A stretch of 58,453 bases of DNA, the filler included, from Sphacelaria rigidula (Eukaryota): assembly GCA_964200075.2 (NCBI GenBank). It is 9 parts of 9 records of this genome, joined end to end, with 100 filler letters (N's around TTAATTAATTAA, not from the genome) between each part and the next. Parts side by side here need not be neighbours in the genome. Positions count along the whole stretch, not along the records: positions 45,544 to 51,948 come from CAXNAA020020269.1; positions 52,049 to 58,453 come from CAXNAA020020270.1; 7 more parts are not named here. One strand, given 5' to 3'. Positions 50,866-58,453 of the stretch are shown in pieces. Each line of letters begins with the position of its first letter. The first letter of the stretch is position 1. The notes below the pieces were generated by a model. The model saw nothing but the letters and a program-made list of their open reading frames with translations. It searched no databases and was not told the origin of the DNA. Made by a program: the position numbers and the translations under genes.

Positions 50866-51330
50866 CAGGGGTCTACACGTTCCACGTGCCACAACGTTAC
50901 ACGTTACGTTCACGTTACGTTTTGGCCGAAACGTAACGTGAACGCAACGTTAAATTTGCAAATGAAACGTTCACGTAACGTTATCTTTTTTAACGTGCCA
51001 AACGAAACGTAGGGTGAACGTTAACTCGTGCAAACGTTCAAAACACGTAATATGAAACGTTTAATGGAACGTGTAACATCTTTTACACGTTGCACGTGCA
51101 TTAGACGTGTCGCGTTACATGAAACATTTTATCTTACGTTCCACGTTTCATTAAGCGGTACACACTTCAGGTTTGCAATGAATTTTGAAATCCTAGAAGA
51201 AGGTGCTTCAATGAACCAGGGCTCTACACGTTACACGTGCCACAACGTTACACGTTACGTTTTGGCCGAAACGTAACGTGAGCGTTAATTCTTTTTCACG
51301 TGATCAACGTAACATAACGTGAACGTTAAT
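50866..51330. repeat. ACGT-rich subrepeat cluster with duplicated CAGGG-initiated end (possible hAT subterminal region)
   Basis: CAGGG.TCTACACGTT.CACGTGCCACAACGTTACACGTTACGTT at ~50866 and ~51217; dense AACGTT/TAACGT motifs. Confidence 0.65.
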
Positions 51331-51948
51331 ATCGGATGAACAAAACCATGAGTCTGTGTCAGTGAAACAAAAGCTTGTCAAGCTGGATAAATGCATCGAT
51401 TGCCTGGACCGCGGGGTAAACCTGTCATACATACACATATGCATGCATACGTACGTCTGTCTTTGACGGCCGTGATGAACTATTAATATCTTATTTGTTT
51501 ACGTATACAAATATATAGCTAAGGGTACCCGATATCGGTTTGTCTTGCGAAATGGCAGGACGACTCAGGCCGGCGCTCAATCATGTTCACGATTTGTTGT
51601 GTGTACAGCATGTGCTGTCGTGCGAATGACCAATCATCTAAAAATTGAAAATTGGAAAAAATATATATGAAAAAAAAAAAAGAGGAGATAATGAAAATGC
51701 TACGGTCAAAAACGAATGAACGATACACTGTAGCGAAAGTAAGGTTACACAAGCAATGCTATCGGTTCAACTGGCGGCCTACACATGTACTCAGGGGCTA
51801 TGTCCATTACTCGAGTACACGTTTGGTGGCCGGATTACTTCACTACAGAGTAAGTCATATTGGTACAAAATGCACATACTTTTGTCCGAAATTCAAGGGA
51901 GGGGGGGGAGAGATGGGTAGGGGGGGTGTACTCATGATCATGCATGCC

Positions 51949-52048
51949 NNNNNNNNNNNNNNNNNNNNNNNNNNNNNNNNNNNNNNNNNNNNTTAATTAA
52001 TTAANNNNNNNNNNNNNNNNNNNNNNNNNNNNNNNNNNNNNNNNNNNN
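51949..52048. other. Artificial contig spacer
   Basis: 44N-TTAATTAATTAA-44N. Confidence 0.98.
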
Positions 52049-52232
52049 GTTTCGAGATTGGCCGCTGAACAAAAATTCGTGCGCAAAAATCTGTGCTTGC
52101 CGACCCCCGCCAGTTTGCCCAAAGCCAAGACGTGTATTGGCGAGTTTCCCTGTTTGGGGGTCAATACGTGGGTCGAATGTCCCAAAGGTGAACAATCCGT
52201 GGGCCAAAAATGTGTGTGCCATAACATCCGGC
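52049..52232. mobile_element. Truncated copy of the 29932-30540 Tourist-like MITE family
   Basis: Shares TGCCGACCCCCGCCAGTTTG centre and GTGAACAATCCGTGGGCCAAAAAT...GCCATAACATCCGGCC terminus. Confidence 0.75.
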
Positions 52233-52549
52233 CTGATGGCGGTTACTACAAATTGGAGCAGGTCGGCACGGGTCATTGTAGAAATTGTCTTGGCAGTCCA
52301 CGTATTGTATTTCAGGGCACTTTGACGGGCGCTGATTCATCGATGTACATTTTCGCCATTAGTTCCACCCCTGTTGGTAACAAAACCCGACCTTGTCAAC
52401 TCCCCAGTTGTCCATGACGGTCGGTATGGTACCATGCAAGCAGCCATTGGGCAGGTAATGTGGGGGGCATCTTGAGGAAATTTTAAATTTTGGGTCGAAA
52501 GGGCGAACCAGCCTCTACCCTGGAGAACTTTGACATTGCATATTTGTGA

Positions 52550-55500
52550 TCATGATCGGTACAATGCCGGGCAAACATAAAAATATACCCTGTGCACAAC
52601 AGTAGAGTAGTAGTATACTGCACTACACATGCACAGCCCCCCGTCGCCGTTCGTCACTTGACCCTTCGACCGCGGTGCGGGTAGCCCATCTGGATCGTGC
52701 ATACTTTTTTCAAGCGGGTGTTCATGCCGATTGAGCAGGTGACCCATCTTCGGGTCGTTAGGGTCAACTGTATTTCAATATCCACTGTTGACTAACGGAG
52801 ATCGTACTAAACTATACAACCCTACCATTAAACTGAAGCGGGTTGCTGCGTGTCCCATTTCAACCCGTTTATTGAACGCAAGGCTGCCTTTCGAGACGAT
52901 GTCGTTGACCGATCCTCAACGTCGGCTAACCTCTTCGCTGAAGTTGAGCAACCTCGTCCTGTTCGCGAGCACGGCTGTCAGTGATAATATATTCTGCCGT
53001 GTACAACGGTCCCCAATTTATGACTTGTCGCGTAGAACTGTTTCTTGCAACCAATGTACTTGTGTGGTCCGCACCCTTCAGTAGGCCAGTGATCGATTGG
53101 CAGGAAATCATAAAGCGTTCTCATTTCATCCGATCTTCCAATTACTTTCGAGGTGAACATGATGCCGATTCATCGAAATGACTCGCCCTAGCAGGTGCGG
53201 GGTTCACATCATCCGCGCGAGGGCGGCCTTCGGAGAAAAACCCCGGCTTGAACACGCGTTCAATCTGGGCGCAACAGCTGAGGAGCTCCTATTTCCTAGA
53301 GTAGTCCTCGATGATAACAGATCGTGTACTTCATAGTCCCCAAGAACCGGTCACGTCATAGTAAACACTGAAACGTACGGTATGTCAGTGGTGCATATGG
53401 CCAACGCCCACGCCCAAGTGGCGAACAAGTACAGCCCCTGGTACGCTAACTCATCAGCAAAAAGCAGTAGTATGTCACCCACGGATAAAACTGGATGGCA
53501 GCAAGAACATGATGAAAAATCCTGTCAAGGATTGCCGAGCCCACCCTATTCATATGTTCATGGCTGAATGCCTCCTTCTCTTGACGCGAGGAAAGACGAA
53601 CAGCTGCCCTGACAAGGACACGCCCGAAGACGTGTGTGCCCTCCACAGGGTGTGGCATATTAGCATGTCATACATACCCTGTGGTTCCTCCAAAGATCCT
53701 CGGCGATTTTTTTCAACACCTGACCCGAAAACATCCGGCATCATTTAAATGTCAGAGGTGCCACTGCCGATGCCGAGGTTTATTATTATCGATGCCGAGG
53801 TAAGATCGCAAAATAATGCATGACGTGTTATTGTCTTCGGTTTCGTTGCAAAATCACGCGACAAAAATCGACCAGACCGTCCGCGGATCGTGTCAAGCCG
53901 TATGCTGTCGAGGACGATTGGCGACAACGGCACGTTCAAACATCAGGTTGGCAGAAATGAGATGGGGGCGGGTTTCCGCTCGTGAATACAGATATCCAGC
54001 CTTTGATGAATATGGCGAGGGAGTGTGGTGTCTCCACTAGACAGAAAATGAGGATGAACAGATGACAACGGAAGTGATCCAAGAGCGTCACCCTACAACT
54101 TATTTCTCTATCTCATACTGGCACCCTCCCCCGTTCAAGGCCTTTCTTTCCGGTATGATGGAGATCTGGCCGGAAACCGCTTCGATCGGCGATCGACTTG
54201 CGAGAGTTTGACGAGTTCCACAATACTTAGTACTGTTGTAATAGTACACATGCACAATGAGTCTGTTGTATCGTGAATGAAGAAACAAGCTGCCGTAGAA
54301 GGGGAAAAACAAGCACACTCTAGAATAGTGAGTACCAAACGAGAACAAGCGGACAATTCTGCCTTTCTTTCCGGTATGATGGAGATCTGGCCGGAAACCG
54401 CTTCGATCGGCGACCGACTTGCGAGAGTTTGACGAGTTTCACAATACTTAGTACTGTTGTAATAGTACACATGCACAATAAGTCTGTTGTATCGTGAATG
54501 CAGAAACAAGCTGCCGTAGAAGGGGAAAAACAAGCACACTCTAGAATAGTGAATACCAAACGAGAACAAGCGGACAATTCTCCACAGACAATGAGTACCA
54601 CAGGCAGTCTGGACAACAAGCGGACCGTTTTCCAAGCTGCTACAACGTACTGCCCAGGATCTCGTGTGTCGTACTGTATTGATACGTGACATAGAACTCT
54701 CATACCTGCGTTGCCAAAACAACGACGATCTTCCGTATAGTGCCGTCACGATTATATGAATAGTGAGTAGCCTTCTGCTCTTGAACGGGAAGTTTACCCT
54801 CCCAAGTCCGTCACTCGATTCGGCGTAACCGCCACGAGCAAGCCCGTTAAGCTTCGTCTATTTCGCGGAATATGATTGGGTGGTACATTGGATGAGACGT
54901 TCGTTCCCCGTCAGGGTCGGACATTTTTTGTTACTGTTCTTATCACCTATGGTGTGCGAACTGTTCTCTCGAACATGCAAAACGCTATCATGTACAGATA
55001 TAATACCACAAGCTCGTTTTTTTTTTCCAAAATATATCTCATAGCAAATAACTGGGACATGTACCGGGAATCTCGAGTCCAAGATACTTCTGGTAAGAGA
55101 CGACGCAACCAATTTCAAGGGTTAATAAACTCATGTTATACCCATCAAGAAGAAGAAAAGTCGATTGAATATGATATCTCCGCTGTGAACGCGAGTACAG
55201 ACAGATATAGCAATAAAACGACGAATGACCCTGCCGGCCGAAAAAAGGGGGTCACGTCTCGACCAGCCCGTAGGTGCGACCATATTCAAATCAGGCTCAA
55301 CCACGCTCAACCCCCTAACGAGGTTTAACCCAGGAACAGTGCTGGCCCAAACCTTCCGCAAACCTTTACCTAGCCTAGACATACTAAACATGTGCAAATG
55401 CTGCTTGAATGCCCCATGCTTTGTCGATGTGATCATGCCCCGCGATCGGGTGGATAGCTCTTGAGTGGCTTTCACTGACTGACTGTGTTCGTCCAACCGA

Positions 55501-56550
55501 CTATCTTGCTAGGTTTATCTAGCTGTAGAATTTATGACCCCAGATTCGAGACAAATAACACTCTTGCCCAGCACTGCCGGCGTACGCAGTCACTAATAGC
55601 CGCTGAAGAGGTATCAAGGTGATCGAAGAGCTCCAGGTAGACCAAAGAAGTCGTTGAGGCATACGCATTTTGAATTTGGACAAACCGTTGTGTACGGGTT
55701 GGTTGACGAGTTGTGGGGTGAACCTCATTCATAGAGAAGCACTCACTTGAATCGGCATCACCATGCTGCGCCAATTTTGATCATCGGATGCGAGTTGCCG
55801 TGCGCCTGTGGGCGCTCACGAGTCACCGGTGTGTACCGAACCGCTGTTTGCTCTTGTTTCGAAAATCTTGAGTAGATGGAGACCAAACAGCAGTAATAGT
55901 GGAAATCTTGCCGATTCGCACCGATCGTGTCCACGACATACACTTCATGACACGCACTTCGACAAGTACAACGTCGCGATCATACCTGTATACCCCCAAC
56001 GAGCGTGAAGGTCTGCGAAATTTCCCAGAGGTACAACAATTTGTTTGCATTTATATTTGAACGGAGAGCAAAAGTCAAAATTCGGGTCGATGGTCAACGA
56101 AGAATGAAGAACGCTGCCACTTCTGAAGTTTGTATTGTGGTCCCAGAAATCCTCATACTCATCGTATCACAATCGATTTCAGACGCGTCCAGATCATGAT
56201 CAGGTGTGCCTATGCGTGCAATAGCTTCACCGAAGCGTTTCACCTTTCGTCCGTTCAGGCTCTGCCTCCGGTTTGACACTGACTTGGCGCGGGTGTTTCT
56301 TCGGTGACCATTAGAAAATGACAAAATTTCAACACGGCCGATACAGACCCCTCACTCTTACGTTATTGGTGATTTCACGCTGATTCGCTTGAGCTTCGTA
56401 GCCAGCAGAATCGGGGGAATCAGTTATCGTACAGAAGTTCCTGTCGATGTGTTTTGCGATACGTGTGGTGTTCGCCCTCCCAAACTCGTTCATTGCAGCC
56501 TGTCTTACACTTTTGGAAGGGTGATAAAAAATAATAAAAATCAATGGCAA
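52550..56550 (-). mobile_element. Highly degenerate Ty3/gypsy-like relic
   Basis: SILDS (~55085, protease-like), MNRVGSAILDRIFHHVLAA (~53550) and FSPKAAL...LLGRVIS (~53240-53175) resemble gypsy protease/RT segments. Confidence 0.4.
54140..54581 (+). repeat. Near-identical 221-bp tandem duplication
   Basis: 54140-54360 and 54361-54581 differ at only a few positions. Confidence 0.92.
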
Positions 56551-57448
56551 CAACGCTTTGCCGGGCGAGTGCAGTCTGCTGTGCTGCCACTTTGTGTGGG
56601 CCAGCCCTTAATCACGATGAATATGCTGGAGTTCTCGCGGCAGCTGCAATTGAGACTGCCGCAGCTTCAGTCCAGGTATACTGTATGGTCTAGATTGTGG
56701 GACGCATGGGGCTACCACACTCATCTTGCTTGGATTCAAAACATCATGAACATCTGTTGACGATGTCCATCACCCCCTGTTGCTGTGTGCTTGAAGGGTT
56801 TGGTTTTCTGGGGGGATATGATGTGCAATTCTTCTGACATCCCCTAGGTCGAGGTATGTTGATGTAATATTCCGATCACTCTGGTTCCACGTGGAGCGGT
56901 AGCTATAACTTTCGATCACTCGGTTTTGACATTTTGTTGTTATGAGGGGTGGTGTACCCCGTCACGTAAGGAATCTCCGGTACAGATTGAGGGGTAGGTG
57001 AGAGAGCAGTGAAACGAACAGGGTGCAGCTCGTAGTGTGGTGGGGGCTGTGAGCATGGAGGGGGAAAGGAAATGGGGGGGGAGGGGGGGGGGGGGGGGTG
57101 GGGGCGGTACCGGGGAGCTGCTCCGACAACTGCACATGTGCTCGTTGTGGCAAATTTCCTGCGTCTGCTACGNNNNNNNNNNGGGGGGTGGGTGGGGGGG
57201 GGTGGGGGGGGGGGGTGGGGTGGGGGGTGGGGGGGTGGGGGGGGGGGGGGGGGGGTTGGTGCAGTCACAGTGGAGTATATCCGAGAATCTGACATGTGCG
57301 CGTGTGCGCAAATTGCCAGCGTCGTCTACGGTTAGTTCCCCCTCATGTTGTAGGCAAATGACAGATCCAGTTATATCTCCAGGGTAGGCGATTCAACCAC
57401 AAGGAAGTATACGGTGCACGGCAAAACCGCATCACAAGCGGATGGGCT

Positions 57449-57730
57449 GACGGCCATATGGTTGTCCGAAATCACCGCACTTATATTGTTGGCGAGGAAG
57501 GCCCACAGGCATACCTGAGTCTGCCGTCTGTTCTGCGAACCTGTACCTGACAGTCGAGCTGTAGCTGGGCCTGGTCACGGTTCGAATCCGCCACAAATAG
57601 GTGAATTTTTTGGCCAGGTTCAGGTACAGTACGACTTTCAGGTACAGCTGTGGAGAAAAGACGACAGACTCAGGCATGCCTATGGTCTGCCTCCGCAATA
57701 ACAGGAAATCGGCGGTCACATGGCCGTTGA
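57449..57730. mobile_element. Degenerate palindromic MITE-like element
   Basis: AGGCATACCTGAGTCTG..CTGTACCTGA vs TCAGGTACAG..CAGACTCAGGCATGCCT; outer ACGGCCAT/ATGGCCGT. Confidence 0.55.
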
Positions 57731-57739
57731 TTCATGCTT

Positions 57740-58320
57740 CTGTTTTTAGTTACAGCTTATACTTCGTCTGCCCAATAAGTAAAGGTGCCTAGATTTGTAC
57801 GGGCCCTTAACGATGTCTGATCGTTCTATTTTTATGAACTTTACGGTGTTTTTTGGGTTGAGGAAATGTGTTTCAAATTTGCAGCTCGTGCTTGAACCGT
57901 GCCGCGGAACGGCTGCAAAAAAAATAGTCGGCCCAAAAATGGCCGTTTTTTGCCCCTTTCCGAGGGGCAAAAAAATGTCATTTTTTTTCTAAATATTTTT
58001 TTAATCCCCCCCGCCTTTACTGTGGCTGGCTGCCAGGAAGTCCCACGCGATTAAAAAGCATTAAAAAAACATACAACACTTTTTTTGTCCTCGGAAAGGG
58101 GCAAAAAATGGCAATTTTTGGGCTGACTACTTCTTTTTGCAGCCGTTCGGCGGCATGGTTCAAGCACGAGCTGCAACTTTGAAACACATATTCTTAATAA
58201 CCCAAAAACACCGTAGAGTTCTTGAAAAAAGAAACGATCGGACATCATTAAGGGCCCGGACAAATTTAGGTACCGTTACTGATGGAACAGAGGAAGTATT
58301 TGTTTGTGGCTGAAAAACTT
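57740..58320. mobile_element. Palindromic MITE/foldback with ~250-bp arms
   Basis: 57778-58005 is the imperfect reverse complement of 58049-58280. Confidence 0.8.
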
Positions 58321-58453
58321 CTCGTGGATGTGTACAGGACTTGCATCTGTCGTTTGCCCTATGTTTTCATTCCATAATGGTACATAAGACCCACTTTTAT
58401 GGCAAGCACGAATCTTGATTTTTCAAAATCGGGGGGACAAAAAATCGGGGAAC

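Noticed and set aside
6408..52048. Regularly spaced TTAATTAATTAA palindromes as a biological array or CRISPR
   Set aside because: Always centred in N-runs at fixed spacing; an assembly linker.
57553..57600. GGTTCGAATCC B-box as a tRNA gene
   Set aside because: No acceptor stem or cloverleaf; lies in the loop of a palindromic MITE-like element.

Overview
Eukaryotic, intron- and repeat-rich DNA, most likely from a brown alga or related stramenopile (inferred from long GT-AG introns, poly-C/poly-G tracts and the protein fragments). The window is not a natural locus: it is nine unrelated contigs of 6405-6407 bp, sorted by length and joined by an artificial 100-bp spacer (44 N + TTAATTAATTAA + 44 N), so adjacency across spacers is meaningless. 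Supported host genes are five internal exons of a Rubisco-LSMT-type SET-domain methyltransferase (6803-11238, +) and two exons of a Gly/RGG-rich protein with tandem RanBP2-type zinc fingers (22086-23298, +), plus two weak orphan exons. The rest is mostly transposon-derived: an intron-containing hAT transposase pseudogene whose first intron holds two Tourist/Harbinger MITEs in tandem at one TTA site with a Ginger-like mini-element nested inside; Sola-like MITEs, one hit by a piggyBac-like mini-element; degenerate Ty3/gypsy and Ty1/copia relics; a tRNA-headed SINE; foldback elements; and a tandem array of CAG/CTG hairpin units. The most unusual item is a ~540-bp non-coding repeat present seven times on five of the nine contigs, with an internal-plus-terminal ~47-bp direct repeat and ends that abut G-tracts. 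Most ORFs in the supplied six-frame track are spurious. All homology calls are by eye; no searches were run.
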